Assembly (NCBI GenBank): GCA_965232515.1
Contig: CBDDPY010000002.1
Coordinates: 2,784,001-2,848,000 of the forward strand
DNA length: 64,000 nucleotides
Reading direction: 5' to 3'
From: Alphaproteobacteria bacterium
Lineage (GTDB): Bacteria > Pseudomonadota > Alphaproteobacteria > GCA-2731375
Shown: piece by piece, positions 17,921 through 28,464 of the stretch
How the letters are laid out: each line of letters starts with the position of its first letter
How positions within the stretch are numbered: the first letter of the stretch is position 1
Program-made: the position numbers and the translations under genes
Notes under the pieces: generated by a model
What the model was told of the DNA's origin: nothing
Databases searched by the model: none
The model's input: the letters and a program-made list of their open reading frames with translations, nothing else

Positions 17921-18721
17921 TCAGCTGCCCTTGAATTCCGGCTTGCGCTTCTCAAAGAAAGCTTCGACGGCCTCGGCGTGGTCGGCGGTGTGGTGCGCCA
18001 GCGCCTGGTAGGCGGCCGACATCTGCAGCACGGTGTCGAGGCGCGCATGCTGGCTCTCGCGCATCAGCCGCTTGGCCATGCGCAGCGCGTGCGGCGGATT
18101 GGCGGCGATGCGTCCTGCCAGCGCGCGGGCTTCCGGCATCAGCTCATCCGGCGCCACGACCTTCGAGACCAGACCGCAGGCCAACGCCTCCTGGGCATCG
18201 ATCTGATCGCCGGTGAAGGTCATCTCGGCGGCTTTCGAAACGCCGACAACCTTCTGCAGCAGGAAGGCGCCGCCATCGCCCGGTATGATTCCGAGCCGGA
18301 CGAAGCTCTCGGCAAAGCGGGCCTTCTCGGAGGCGATCCTGATGTCGCACATGCAGGTCAGGTCGCAGCCGGCGCCGATGGCGGGGCCGTTGACGGCCGC
18401 GATCGTCGGCACTTCCAGCTCGTAGAGCGCGAGCGGGATGTGCTGGATGCCGTTGCGGTAGAACTCGCGCGCCTGGAACGGGGTCCAGTGGCCGCCGCTC
18501 GCCCGTTCGCGCATGCCCTTGACGTTGCCGCCGGCACAGAAGGCCGGCCCGGCGCCGGTCAGCACCACGGCGCGCACGCTCATGTCGGCGTTGATCCGCT
18601 GGCAGACCTCGACGAACTCGGCATACTGGCCGTCGTAGGACAGCGCGTTCCGGCTTTCCGGCGCGTTCATGGTCAGCGTGACGACATGCTCGTCCTGCTC
18701 GTAAATCAGAAAATCACCCAA
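17921..18721 (-). CDS. Enoyl-CoA hydratase/isomerase (crotonase family)
   Basis: AFCAGG, IAAVNGPAIGAGCDL, EKRKPEFKG. Confidence 0.92.
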   Translation of the reverse strand: MGDFLIYEQDEHVVTLTMNAPESRNALSYDGQYAEFVEVCQRINADMSVRAVVLTGAGPAFCAGGNVKGMRERASGGHWTPFQAREFYRNGIQHIPLALYELEVPTIAAVNGPAIGAGCDLTCMCDIRIASEKARFAESFVRLGIIPGDGGAFLLQKVVGVSKAAEMTFTGDQIDAQEALACGLVSKVVAPDELMPEARALAGRIAANPPHALRMAKRLMRESQHARLDTVLQMSAAYQALAHHTADHAEAVEAFFEKRKPEFKGS

Positions 18722-18746
18722 GATTCAGCTCCTCCCAAACCGCCGT

Positions 18747-19247
18747 CTATCCGTCGTCCAGGCTGAACGAGGCCAGCAGCAGCATATTGACGGTTGCGCC
18801 GTCCTCCGACAACGGACAGCAAATGCGGATGTAGCGATAGGCGCCGTCGGCGCTCTGCGAGCGCACCTCATGCACCACAGGCGCGCGTTCGGCCACGGCC
18901 TCGCTATAATGCGCGATCAAGATATCCCGCTGGGCCTCCGGCTCGATCTCGTCGACCCATTGTCCGGTATTGTCGTGCCCGACGACGCGCGCGACGCCCG
19001 TCCCGACCAGTCGGAACCGGTAGCGCAGGGGATCGTGCGACACGTCCACAAGCGATATGCGGTCGAGATTGCCGCGCAGCGCCGTCGGCTCGATGTCGGC
19101 GCGGCGCGGCATCTCGGCGCCATGCCGCTGTTCCCGCCAATAAGATACGACGGCCAGAATACGGCCGTCCGCAACGTCATCCAACGGCACTCGCGTCGCG
19201 CCTGTGATCTCGGCCAGCGGCGCGTGTTTGTTGTCACCGCCGATCAT
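18747..19247 (-). CDS. Stand-alone PAS_5-like domain protein
   Basis: SYWREQRHGAEMPRRADIEP, LRYRFRLVGT, YIRICCPLSEDGATVNMLL. Confidence 0.82.
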   Translation of the reverse strand: MIGGDNKHAPLAEITGATRVPLDDVADGRILAVVSYWREQRHGAEMPRRADIEPTALRGNLDRISLVDVSHDPLRYRFRLVGTGVARVVGHDNTGQWVDEIEPEAQRDILIAHYSEAVAERAPVVHEVRSQSADGAYRYIRICCPLSEDGATVNMLLLASFSLDDG

Positions 19248-19274
19248 CGGTATGGACCCCTTTATGGAGCCGGC

Positions 19275-20810
19275 CTAAATCGTGCGGCCGGCGTCGCGCC
19301 AGTACGGCTCGCGCAGCTTGCGTTTGAAGATCTTGCCCGAGTCCTCCCGCGGCAGCGCGGCGCTGAACTCGATCAGCTTCGGCAGCTTGTAGTTGGCAAG
19401 CCGTTCTCGCAGGAATGCCCGCACCGCGGCCTCATCCAGCGTCACGCCCGACTCGGTTTCGACATGCGCGCACAGGCTCTCGCCGAACTCGTCGTCGGGG
19501 ATGCCGAACACGGCGCAGTCGTGCACACCGGGCATGGCGATCAGCTCGGCCTCGATCTCGGCCGGATAGATGTTCACGCCGCCCGAGATCACCATGTCGC
19601 GCTTGCGATCACACAGAAACAGATAGCCGTCGTCGTCCAGATAGCCGACATCGCCGACCGTCACCAAACCGTCCCGCTCGACCTCCTGCCGCTTGCCGTC
19701 AAGACCGTGATAGGTGAAGGCGGGATAGGCGTCGAGCTGCAGGTAGACCTCGCCGATCTCGCCCGCCGGCAACGCCTTGCCGTCGTCGTCGTAGATCCTG
19801 ACCTCGCCGCCCTCGATCACGCGGCCGACGGTGCCGGGCTTGGCCAGCGCCTCGTGGCTGTCGTGGAAGACGACGGCGCCGGTCTCGGTCGCGCCGTAAT
19901 ACTCGACGATGACCGGCCCCCACCATTCGATCATCGCCCGCTTGACCTCGGCCGGACACGGCGCGGCCGCATGCACAACCCATTTCAGCGACGACAGGTC
20001 GTACTTCCGCTTGACCGCGTCCGGCAGCTTCAGCAGACGCACGAACATGGTCGGCACCATGTGCAAGTGCGTGATCCTGTGGCGCTCGATCAACGCCAGA
20101 AGCTGCTCGGCGTCGAAGCGCGGCTGCAGCACGACGAAGCCGCCGTCGCGGGCCGCGGCGAGGCCATAGGCATTGGGCGCGGAGTGGTACATCGGGCCGG
20201 TGATGACGGTGCGCATCTTGCCGCCGGGCCGGATGTCGAAGACGCGGCCGACCATGCGGCCGATGGCATCGATGTTCGCTTGCGTCGGCGGCGCCCGGCG
20301 CACGCCCTTCGGCCGGCCGGTCGTGCCGGAGGTATAGATCATGCTGGTCCGGGCCAGCTTTGGCGGCTCGGCGCGCGGCGCCTGCGCCTCGACCCACCCG
20401 TCCCAGGCTTTCGCGTCAGGCGGCAGCGTCACATCGGTGTCGCCGATGCCGTAGGCATTCCGGATTTCCGGCGGCGTCTCGACGACGAAGACATGAGTCC
20501 CGGCAGGAATGCCGTCGGCCACGCCAGGCAACAGATCGGCGTGAACGACCAGCGCTTTCGCGCCGCAGTCGCGCAGGATGTAGCCGGCCTCGTCGGCCTT
20601 GAAGTGCCAGTTGACGGGCACCGCGTAGGCGCCGACCGCCGCCGCCGCCATCGAGGCCTCGAAAAAGGCGATATCGTTGCGCAGTATCAGCGCCACGGCA
20701 TCGTTGTCGCCAATCCCCAGCGCCTCGAACCCGCCCGCCGCCAGAGCGATCCGCCGCTCCAGCGCCGCCTGCTTCTCCTCGCGCTCACCACTGATAATCA
20801 CGCCGTCCAT
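19275..20810 (-). CDS. Acyl-CoA synthetase (AMP-forming)
   Basis: YTSGTTGRPKG, EYYGATE, GDVGY, SGGVNIYPAEIE, LPREDSGKIFKR. Confidence 0.93.
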   Translation of the reverse strand: MDGVIISGEREEKQAALERRIALAAGGFEALGIGDNDAVALILRNDIAFFEASMAAAAVGAYAVPVNWHFKADEAGYILRDCGAKALVVHADLLPGVADGIPAGTHVFVVETPPEIRNAYGIGDTDVTLPPDAKAWDGWVEAQAPRAEPPKLARTSMIYTSGTTGRPKGVRRAPPTQANIDAIGRMVGRVFDIRPGGKMRTVITGPMYHSAPNAYGLAAARDGGFVVLQPRFDAEQLLALIERHRITHLHMVPTMFVRLLKLPDAVKRKYDLSSLKWVVHAAAPCPAEVKRAMIEWWGPVIVEYYGATETGAVVFHDSHEALAKPGTVGRVIEGGEVRIYDDDGKALPAGEIGEVYLQLDAYPAFTYHGLDGKRQEVERDGLVTVGDVGYLDDDGYLFLCDRKRDMVISGGVNIYPAEIEAELIAMPGVHDCAVFGIPDDEFGESLCAHVETESGVTLDEAAVRAFLRERLANYKLPKLIEFSAALPREDSGKIFKRKLREPYWRDAGRTI

Positions 20811-20990
20811 ACGTTTCGTCCCACAAAACTGACCATTGTCCCGTTATCGCGATGGTAGCGCAGGCCCGCGCGCGGCTCCACACGCCATATCCCTTGCAAG
20901 CCGCACAGATTAGCGATTCGCCGGGCGATTAATCACGGCTACCATGCCGGCTGACCGCTATCGACCGGACCCGAACAAAGGAGCGACATC

Positions 20991-21284
20991 ATGCCCGCTG
21001 CGTATCTCATCGCCCAGATCGACATCACCGATGAAGAAACCTACGCCAGGTATCGCGAGCAGGTGCCGGCGACGGTCGCACAATACGGCGGCGAATACCT
21101 GACGCGCGGCGGCCGCTTCGATAGCCTGGAAGGCGCCGCGCCGCCCCCACGCACGGTGATCCTGAAGTTCCCGAGCTTCGAGCAGGCCAAGGCCTGGTAC
21201 GACTCGGACGAATATGCCGGTCCGAAAGCCGTCAGGCAGTCGGCGTCGACGGGCAACGTGATCCTGGTCGAAGGCGTGGACTGA
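20991..21284 (+). CDS. DUF1330 family protein
   Basis: QYGGEYLTRGG, FPSFEQAKAWYDSDEY; AAGGAG RBS. Confidence 0.9.
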   Translation: MPAAYLIAQIDITDEETYARYREQVPATVAQYGGEYLTRGGRFDSLEGAAPPPRTVILKFPSFEQAKAWYDSDEYAGPKAVRQSASTGNVILVEGVD

Positions 21285-21293
21285 GCCGGACGG

Positions 21294-21671
21294 CTATTTT
21301 TGTCGCCAGTTGCCGGCTTCGTCGAGGAACCAGGTGCCGGCGGGGGCCTGCTGCATAATCTGCTGGGCGTAGACGCGGCCGACCTGATCGGGCGACACGC
21401 CCTGTTGCTTGGCGCGGTCGGCGTAGATCTTGCCGCGCTTGGCGTTGACCTCGTTGATGACGCCCTGCGGCGCACCGCCCTGCCGCGCCACCAGGAGGCC
21501 GTCGAACCGCTCGCCGACGACGCCCGACGCGCGCAGCTGATCCAGCGACTGCGCCAGCGCGCCGCCAATCGACAAGGGCGCCAGCATCACGCCGGCCGCG
21601 AGCAGCAGCGCGCCCAGCCAACGTCGGCGCGCGGCGACCAAGTTCCGTCTGTCAGTTCGTAAACCTGTCAT
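21294..21671 (-). CDS. ydbL: YdbL family (DUF1318) periplasmic protein
   Basis: LRASGVVGERFDGLL, VNAKRGKIY, GTWFLDEAGNW; ATG at 21671; ydbH-ynbE-ydbL synteny. Confidence 0.85.
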   Translation of the reverse strand: MTGLRTDRRNLVAARRRWLGALLLAAGVMLAPLSIGGALAQSLDQLRASGVVGERFDGLLVARQGGAPQGVINEVNAKRGKIYADRAKQQGVSPDQVGRVYAQQIMQQAPAGTWFLDEAGNWRQK

Positions 21672-21910
21672 CAGAAGATATCCGGATTCTCTTCGATGTC
21701 TTCCTTGGCGGTCTCTTCCAGCTTCACGCGGACCTCCGCGTCGAGCTTGATGTTCAGGTTGATGGTGATCGGCTCCTTCGGCGCCTCGACGCGCACGGCC
21801 GGCGTGCAGGCCGCGATCCCGAACGCCAACAGGGCAACGGCCGCGAGCCGCGCACGGTTGGAAACGTGCCTGCAAAAAACATCGATCATACCGTCAACCC
21901 GAACCGGCAA
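21671..21910 (-). CDS. ynbE: YnbE family lipoprotein
   Basis: Lipobox IAAC, VEAPKEPITINLNIKLDAEVRVK, NPDIF; start uncertain. Confidence 0.9.
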   Translation of the reverse strand: MPVRVDGMIDVFCRHVSNRARLAAVALLAFGIAACTPAVRVEAPKEPITINLNIKLDAEVRVKLEETAKEDIEENPDIF

Positions 21911-21912
21911 GG

Positions 21913-24900
21913 TCAGCGGACGATAGCGCGCAGAGCGGAATCGGACAAGCGGAAGCCCTCCAGCACGGAGGCAAGGATTTGGTCGGCGTTGCCGCTGAGA
22001 TTGATGTTGATGGCGAAGGGATAGCCGTCCAGCACGTCGGGATTGCTGCCGGTGGTCTGCAGGCGGAGTTCCGTTTCGCCGTCGAGACGCTTGTCGACCG
22101 AGAAGGACAGGGTGTCGTACTGGAAGTTCTCGAGCGCCTGCAGCAGCAGGTCAACCGACTCGCCGCCGGATTCGAGCGCCTGACGCGCCGTCGGCGACCG
22201 GTAACGCAGCACGCCGCTGCCGGCCGTCCGCAGCGCACCGTCGACAACCGCGATCCGGTTGTCGCGGATCACGACCGGCAGCGATCCGTTCAGCACACCG
22301 GTGCCGGACAGGCCCTCGAGCTGAACGAGCTTGAGCAGCTCGGCGAGATCCACCCGATCAAACTGCAGGGTGAGACGATTTTCCGCCTGGCCGGTATCGA
22401 GCCCGGCATCGGCAAGCGATATCCGGCCACCGGCGAAAGCGACCGTGGCCGCGGGCAGATCCAGTCGGGCATTGCCGGCGTCGTCCAGGGCAAAACCGAG
22501 GCGCGCCGACAGATCGCGGAGCGGCACGCCCGCATCGATGGTCCGGATCGTCAGCGGCTGCGCGGGCCGGCTCGCCAACGGCAGCAGCGACGTGAAGTTC
22601 AACGTGGTCGAAAGTCCGGCAATGTTCACGCCCGCCGCCGTGAAGGACATGTCGGTGGCCCCCACCTCGGCCGTGCCGTCGACGCCATCCGCACCCCAGT
22701 CGACGGTCGCAACGGCATCGACGGCGCCGGATACGTCCGTGAGGTCCGACAGAAAGGCCGTCAGATCCTCGGGCTGCAGCGCGCCCGACGAGAAGGTGAG
22801 CGTCGGCACCTCGATGCGGGCGCGTCCTTCGGCGGCCGCAAGGTCATGGCTCCCTCGGATATCGATCTCGATGTCGGTGTCGGCGGTTTTCGGCCGCAGC
22901 GCGAACGTCACCGCGTCACCGTCGAGCACGGCGTCGCCGGCAAGCATCAACGGCGGCGCCGAGGGGTGCGCGACCTCGGCGACCGTGAACGCAGCCTCGA
23001 TTCGTGCCCCGGTCCCTACGGTGACGTCGATGCCGCCCGCCGTCAGGTCGTAGGCCGGCGCCTGCACGGTCTGTGTCGAAATGCGCGCGCGTCCTCTATG
23101 AGTGGCGCCATCGACCAGCGCGCCAGCGAGATCGATTGTCAGGGGCGTGATCCGGACCAGCGGCCTGTCGTCGCCGGCAACGACACGCATCTCGATATCG
23201 TTGCTGGTCAGGACCAGATCGTGCGGGACTTGCAGGGAATCGACGTCATCGAACGGCACGACAACGGACGTGTCGCCACGCGGGGTCAGCACCAGTTCGA
23301 GCGGCTGCAGCAGCTGTAAGGCCTCGGCGACGGCGACATCACCGAGTCTGACATTTGCCGGGCCCGTCTGCCTGGCGACGACGCGCGCGGGCGTCAGCTC
23401 GATCTCGAGTGGCAACTCGGCCGCGATATCGCGCGCCGCGATATTGCCCTGCGCCAGCGACGGCATGGCGGACGACAGCAAACCGCTTGCCGTCACCCGT
23501 TCGTCGACGAGGGTTCCGCTGGCCGAAAGTTGGATACGGGAGAAGCGTTGGTCCGCGGCCGACAGATCGCGCAGCTCGGCGTCGAGCCGGTCGAACGCCA
23601 GGCGGGCGAGCCGAGGTATCGGGGTCAGGCGTACGGTTCCGTCCAGGGCCGACGAAACCGATACCCGCGCCTTGCTCTCGCTCCAGACCGAAGCGATGGC
23701 GCTGAACGACGCCGTGTCCTCGGCGAAGGCGATCCGGGCCTGCGCGGCATCGGCGTGCCGGGCGCCGATGCTGGCCGAGAACGCGCCGGCGAACTGGCGC
23801 GCGAATTCCGGCGGCAGGCCCGCACGTTGCAACGCAGCCGCGTCGATTTCGGCGGCGTCGAGCAGGATCGGCGCCGGCAGGGTCAACATCAGCACATCGT
23901 CGACCGCGGCGAGATCCAAACCGGCCGTGGCCGACAGCCCGGCAACCAGTTGATCGTGCGCGACGTCTGTCAAATCGGCGGCGACGCTGGCGCGCCACGA
24001 ACCGGCCGTCAGGTACTGCACGATCGCGGCCGGCGCCGACGGTAGCGGGGCAGCGAAATCCGCACGGCCATCGGCGACAACCGATACAGTTGCCCGGCCG
24101 GCGCGGGGCGCCTCGGCGCCGACGAGCGACAGCAGGCTGGAGGCCGCGTCCACTTCGGCGTCGAGCCCAATTGCCATCCGGGGACGCAAGGGATCGTCGG
24201 TCTCCTCGGCCGACAGGCGGAGCTCGGCCTTGTGGTGCGGCGACGACACGGTGAGTTCGGCCGATCCGATGCCGTCCTGAAACCGCGTCGCGAACCGGCC
24301 CGTGCCGATCCGAATATCCCCCAGATCCAATGCCTGGAACGAAACTTTACCGTCCAAGGTTGGCACACGGTCCCGGGTGATAGCGCCTTCGATCCGTCCG
24401 GCGATGCCGACAGCGGTCAGGTCGGCCATGACGAAGCGCTCGGACGCCAGCGTGATTTCGCCGCTGATGTTACCCAGCAGCGACGCCGTTCCGCGTAGCT
24501 CGGCGTCCAATTGACCGAAGGCCGATGTGGCCAGCACCTTGGCTTCGACCGGGATCGCGTCCGGGTCTATTGGTCCCGCAGCGCCATCGATCCGAAGCGT
24601 CGCGTCGCCCCAGGGTGTCGGCGCCGACACCATCGCATCGTGCAATCGGATGGGACCGATGCGGATCGGCAGCGACAGAGGTGCACCGCCGTCGGTATCC
24701 GCGTCCGTCCGCATTTCCCGAAAACGCGCAATTGGTCCGCGGTCCAGCGCGCCGGCGTCGACGACCAGTCCCTCTATGTCGATGGAGTCGATCCGAGGCG
24801 GCTGAAGATCCAGCAGGTGGCGGAGGTCGTAGCTGATGACGATCCGCGCGGCTTGCACGGCTTCGCCCGCGGTGACGCCGGACAGGACGGCGTGCGAGAT

Positions 24901-25080
24901 CTCGACCTCGCCGACCTCGACCGTCACATCGGACAGACCGAGCGCGCCAAGGCGGTTATCGATCAGCGCCTGCAGCGCGCGCTTGCGCTCGACCGCGAGC
25001 AGGCCGAGGCCGAGGGCGGCGATCAGCAGGAAGACAATGAGTCCAATGGCAACGCGCCGAAGCACGCGAGGTCGCCTCAA
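21913..25080 (-). CDS. ydbH: YdbH family AsmA-like intermembrane lipid transport protein
   Basis: N-terminal membrane anchor, long beta-rich body, C-terminal LENFQYDTL...GSNPDVLDGYPFAININLSG; probable TTG start overlapping the upstream stop. Confidence 0.82.
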   Translation of the reverse strand: MRRPRVLRRVAIGLIVFLLIAALGLGLLAVERKRALQALIDNRLGALGLSDVTVEVGEVEISHAVLSGVTAGEAVQAARIVISYDLRHLLDLQPPRIDSIDIEGLVVDAGALDRGPIARFREMRTDADTDGGAPLSLPIRIGPIRLHDAMVSAPTPWGDATLRIDGAAGPIDPDAIPVEAKVLATSAFGQLDAELRGTASLLGNISGEITLASERFVMADLTAVGIAGRIEGAITRDRVPTLDGKVSFQALDLGDIRIGTGRFATRFQDGIGSAELTVSSPHHKAELRLSAEETDDPLRPRMAIGLDAEVDAASSLLSLVGAEAPRAGRATVSVVADGRADFAAPLPSAPAAIVQYLTAGSWRASVAADLTDVAHDQLVAGLSATAGLDLAAVDDVLMLTLPAPILLDAAEIDAAALQRAGLPPEFARQFAGAFSASIGARHADAAQARIAFAEDTASFSAIASVWSESKARVSVSSALDGTVRLTPIPRLARLAFDRLDAELRDLSAADQRFSRIQLSASGTLVDERVTASGLLSSAMPSLAQGNIAARDIAAELPLEIELTPARVVARQTGPANVRLGDVAVAEALQLLQPLELVLTPRGDTSVVVPFDDVDSLQVPHDLVLTSNDIEMRVVAGDDRPLVRITPLTIDLAGALVDGATHRGRARISTQTVQAPAYDLTAGGIDVTVGTGARIEAAFTVAEVAHPSAPPLMLAGDAVLDGDAVTFALRPKTADTDIEIDIRGSHDLAAAEGRARIEVPTLTFSSGALQPEDLTAFLSDLTDVSGAVDAVATVDWGADGVDGTAEVGATDMSFTAAGVNIAGLSTTLNFTSLLPLASRPAQPLTIRTIDAGVPLRDLSARLGFALDDAGNARLDLPAATVAFAGGRISLADAGLDTGQAENRLTLQFDRVDLAELLKLVQLEGLSGTGVLNGSLPVVIRDNRIAVVDGALRTAGSGVLRYRSPTARQALESGGESVDLLLQALENFQYDTLSFSVDKRLDGETELRLQTTGSNPDVLDGYPFAININLSGNADQILASVLEGFRLSDSALRAIVR

Positions 25081-25952
25081 TCGGGAATGTTGTAGTAGTC
25101 CGGCTTCGCGTAGGCCCAGTTGTCGCCCCACATCTGCTGACCGCCGTCAACGGTGATGCACTCGCCGGTGAGAAACTTGCCGGACGGGGCAGCGATATAG
25201 ACGCAGGCCTCGGCGACATCCATGACATCGCCGGTTCGCAGCATCGGATTGGCGTATTTGAACCGGGCCGATGCTTCCTTCGGATAGACGTTGAAACCCT
25301 CGGTCTCGACCACGCCCGGCGCGATGCAATTCACGCGGATGCGCAGCGGCGCCCATTCCACGGCCAGCGACCGGGAGAGGTAGGTGACGGCCGCCCGCGC
25401 AGCACCCGTATGCGCAATGTCCGGCATGCCGCGCCAGAAATTGGCGACGATATTGACGATGGATCCGGGATGTTCGGCGTCGCGCCAATGGCGGGCGGCC
25501 GCCTGCATCATGTACCAGGAACCGTTCAGGTTGGTGTCGATCACCGCGTTCCAGCCCTTGACCGAAAAGTCGATGGCAGGCTGCGGGAACTGGCCGCCGG
25601 CATTGTTGATCAGAACGTCGAGGCGGCCGAACCTGTCCCAGGCGGCCGCGAACATGGCGTCGACCTGCTCGGGATCGCGGATCGTCATGGCGTGCACGTC
25701 GACACCGGCGCCGAGGGCGCGTAGCCGCTCGGCCGTAACGTCGAGCTTGTCGCGGTTCCGGCCGCAGATCACCAGATCGGCGCCGAGGCGCGCGAACAGG
25801 AACGCGATCGCCTTGCCGAGGCCGCTGCCGGCGCCCGAGACCAGGACCGCCTGACCGTCGAACAGGCCGTCGCGGAACACTGTCGGATAGGCGGCCAGTT
25901 CGTCATCCGGCATCCCGAACGGCTTGTCGTCGGTCTCGGATTCGTTCGACAT
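25077..25952 (-). CDS. SDR oxidoreductase (2,4-dienoyl-CoA reductase/AtuG-like)
   Basis: SGAGSGLG, NNAGGQF, HTGAARA, RVNCIAPG. Confidence 0.88.
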   Translation of the reverse strand: MSNESETDDKPFGMPDDELAAYPTVFRDGLFDGQAVLVSGAGSGLGKAIAFLFARLGADLVICGRNRDKLDVTAERLRALGAGVDVHAMTIRDPEQVDAMFAAAWDRFGRLDVLINNAGGQFPQPAIDFSVKGWNAVIDTNLNGSWYMMQAAARHWRDAEHPGSIVNIVANFWRGMPDIAHTGAARAAVTYLSRSLAVEWAPLRIRVNCIAPGVVETEGFNVYPKEASARFKYANPMLRTGDVMDVAEACVYIAAPSGKFLTGECITVDGGQQMWGDNWAYAKPDYYNIPD

Positions 25953-26033
25953 CTCACTCCCACCCCTGTCGCCGGTTCGTTATCCCACGCGTCGTCAGCG
26001 CGCCGGCAAGCATAACCGAACCGCGACGGCGGC

Positions 26034-27194
26034 TCAGCTTGATACGGCGGCGTCGAGGCTGTCGCAAATCCGGTCGATATCCGCCGGAGTCAGATAGGGA
26101 TGGATCGGCAGATTCAGAATCTCCCGGCTCACCGTTTCGGCCACGGGCAGCGGGCCGTCCGCATACGACCGATAGGCCGGCTGCGAATGCAGCGGATACG
26201 GATAGTAGACCGCTGTCGGGATGCCCGCAGCCTTGAGCGCCGCCGCGACGTGATCGCGCCGCGGCACCCGCACGGCGTAGCTGGCCCAGGCGCTTAGCGC
26301 CGCCGGATGCCGCGGTGCGACCGCCTGCACCACGTTCGCCAGCCGCGCATCGTAGCGCTGCGCCACCTGTTCCCGCGCCTCGAGCTCGGAATCGAAGATC
26401 CCCAGCTTGGCGAGCAGGACGGCGGCTTGCAGGGAATCGAGGCGCGCGTTCAGGCCGACCCGCTCGGACAGCATCATGTCCTCGCCTACGCCGTGATGGC
26501 GCAGGCTGCGCCACTGTGACGCCCGCTCGGCATCGTCGGTGAAGAGCGCGCCACCGTCGCCGTAACAGCCAAGCGGCTTGGAGGGAAAGAAGCTCGCCGC
26601 CGTCGCGTCGCCGAAACTACCGACAGCGCGGTCGTTGAGGCGGGCGCCGAAGCTCTGCGCCGCATCGACCAGCATGAAAAGATCATGCCGATGGGCGATC
26701 TCGTCGAGGGCATCGTAATCCGCCGGCAGGCCGAACAGGTCGACCGGCATCACGGCGCGTGGTGTCAAGGCGCCGTTCCGCCGCACCTGCGCCAGGCGGC
26801 GTTCCAGGTCGGCCGGATCGACCGTCAGCCGGGCCGGATCGATGTCGACGAAGACCGGCGTCGCCCCGGCCAGAACAACGGCGTTGGCGGAGGCCATATA
26901 GGTGAAGGCCGGCACGAAGACCGCGTCGCCGGCGCCGACGCCTTGGGCCAGCATCGCCACCAGCAGGGCGTCCGTGCCGCTGCCGACGGCGACGCAATGG
27001 CCGGCGCCGGCCCGAAGGGCGAGCTCGGTCTCAAGCTCGGCGATTTCCGGTCCGTTGATAAAGCGCCGATGCGCCAGCACGCCGGCAATCCGCGCGGCGA
27101 CGTCGGATTCGATCCGGGCGTGCTGCGCCTCAAGATCGACGAACGCGACGGCGGCGGCGGGCGCCGTCGTGACAGGTGCGGCAGATTGGCTCAA
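26034..27194 (-). CDS. DegT/DnrJ/EryC1/StrS PLP-dependent sugar aminotransferase
   Basis: FVDLEAQ, SGTDAL, DAAQSFGA, SFFPSKPLGCYGDGG, NARLDSLQAA; probable TTG start at 27194. Confidence 0.9.
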   Translation of the reverse strand: MSQSAAPVTTAPAAAVAFVDLEAQHARIESDVAARIAGVLAHRRFINGPEIAELETELALRAGAGHCVAVGSGTDALLVAMLAQGVGAGDAVFVPAFTYMASANAVVLAGATPVFVDIDPARLTVDPADLERRLAQVRRNGALTPRAVMPVDLFGLPADYDALDEIAHRHDLFMLVDAAQSFGARLNDRAVGSFGDATAASFFPSKPLGCYGDGGALFTDDAERASQWRSLRHHGVGEDMMLSERVGLNARLDSLQAAVLLAKLGIFDSELEAREQVAQRYDARLANVVQAVAPRHPAALSAWASYAVRVPRRDHVAAALKAAGIPTAVYYPYPLHSQPAYRSYADGPLPVAETVSREILNLPIHPYLTPADIDRICDSLDAAVSS

Positions 27195-28219
27195 GACGCG
27201 GCGCGCGTTTCCGCCACCTCGGGCGCGGCCGCCGAAATGGCGTCGTTCACCATCAGCGCCAGGGCCAGCGCGTTGCGACCATCCTGGCCGCTGACCAAGG
27301 GCCGACGGCCGGTCCGGATCGAATGCAGAAACGCCCCTACTTCCAGCGCCACGACGTCGGTCTGGGGAAATCCGTTGATGCCGCCGGTCAGATCGTGCCG
27401 CGCCGACGTCGAGATATCGCCGTGCCGGGCGTGGCGGCAGGTCCGGTTCAGGAAATCGACATCGACGTCGCCGTCGGCCTGGCCGATGCGGACCGTGCGC
27501 TCGGCGCGCTCGGCCGAGCGACTGGCATAGAGGTGCACCTCGCAGCCGCCGACGAAATCGACCCGCGCCTCGGCCTCGTCTTCCGAGCCGGAGTAGATGC
27601 TGATGCCGCTGGCGCTCAGACCCTCGATCTCGGTGCCGAGCAGAGATTGCGCAATATCGATGTCGTGGATCATCAGATCCAACACCACATTGCAATCGAG
27701 GCTGCGTCCCGTCGGCGGCGCCGTGCGGCGACAGACGATGGATCGTGGGCCGACCGTCAGCGCCGGCAGGTCGAGCTGGGCGGCGAACAGCCGTTCCTGA
27801 TGCCCCACCTGCAGGACGGTTTCCTGGCGCGCGGCCAAGGCAATCAGCTCGTCGGCATCGGTCAGCGTCGTGGTGATCGGCTTCTCGACCAGGACGTGAA
27901 CGCCGCGATCGAGGAAAAACTTCGCGATCTCGAAATGGGTAACGGTCGGCGTCGCGATGCTGACCGCGTCGACCAGGCCATCGAGCTGCCGATAATCGGT
28001 GAAAGCCGGCACACCGAAGCGCCGACCCGCCATATCGCCACGCGGCTGGTCGATATCAACGACGGCAACCAGTCGCACGCCCGGCAAATGAGCATACTTG
28101 TCGAGGTGGTACTGCCCAAAATGCCCGACACCGACAACAGCGGTGCGGAGGTCATTTGGTCCTAACGCCAATGCCCCATCCTCCACGAATCGCCCAGAAG
28201 CATACACAACATGAGTCAC
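27191..28219 (-). CDS. Gfo/Idh/MocA family oxidoreductase
   Basis: VVGVGHFG, HVLVEKP, QVGHQER, DLMIHDID; start uncertain. Confidence 0.9.
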   Translation of the reverse strand: MTHVVYASGRFVEDGALALGPNDLRTAVVGVGHFGQYHLDKYAHLPGVRLVAVVDIDQPRGDMAGRRFGVPAFTDYRQLDGLVDAVSIATPTVTHFEIAKFFLDRGVHVLVEKPITTTLTDADELIALAARQETVLQVGHQERLFAAQLDLPALTVGPRSIVCRRTAPPTGRSLDCNVVLDLMIHDIDIAQSLLGTEIEGLSASGISIYSGSEDEAEARVDFVGGCEVHLYASRSAERAERTVRIGQADGDVDVDFLNRTCRHARHGDISTSARHDLTGGINGFPQTDVVALEVGAFLHSIRTGRRPLVSGQDGRNALALALMVNDAISAAAPEVAETRAAS

Positions 28220-28464
28220 CCGTCACCCTATAAGTGAGATCGGCTGCATTTGCGCAACAGCAGCGCCGATCCCAATTCGGCAAGTCGGATATGGGCGTCG
28301 AGGCGAGATTTACCTGCGACAAACCTGAGTCTGCACTCGCGCCAATGCACGACAAAAAGCAAATAGCACAGATTTATCTAGGCGAATCGGTCTGATTTCA
28401 GTGAGAGATCAAATATTGCTTCAATTTGTAACACCGGTTTTGCGGGTATTCCCTCGGCATCAGC

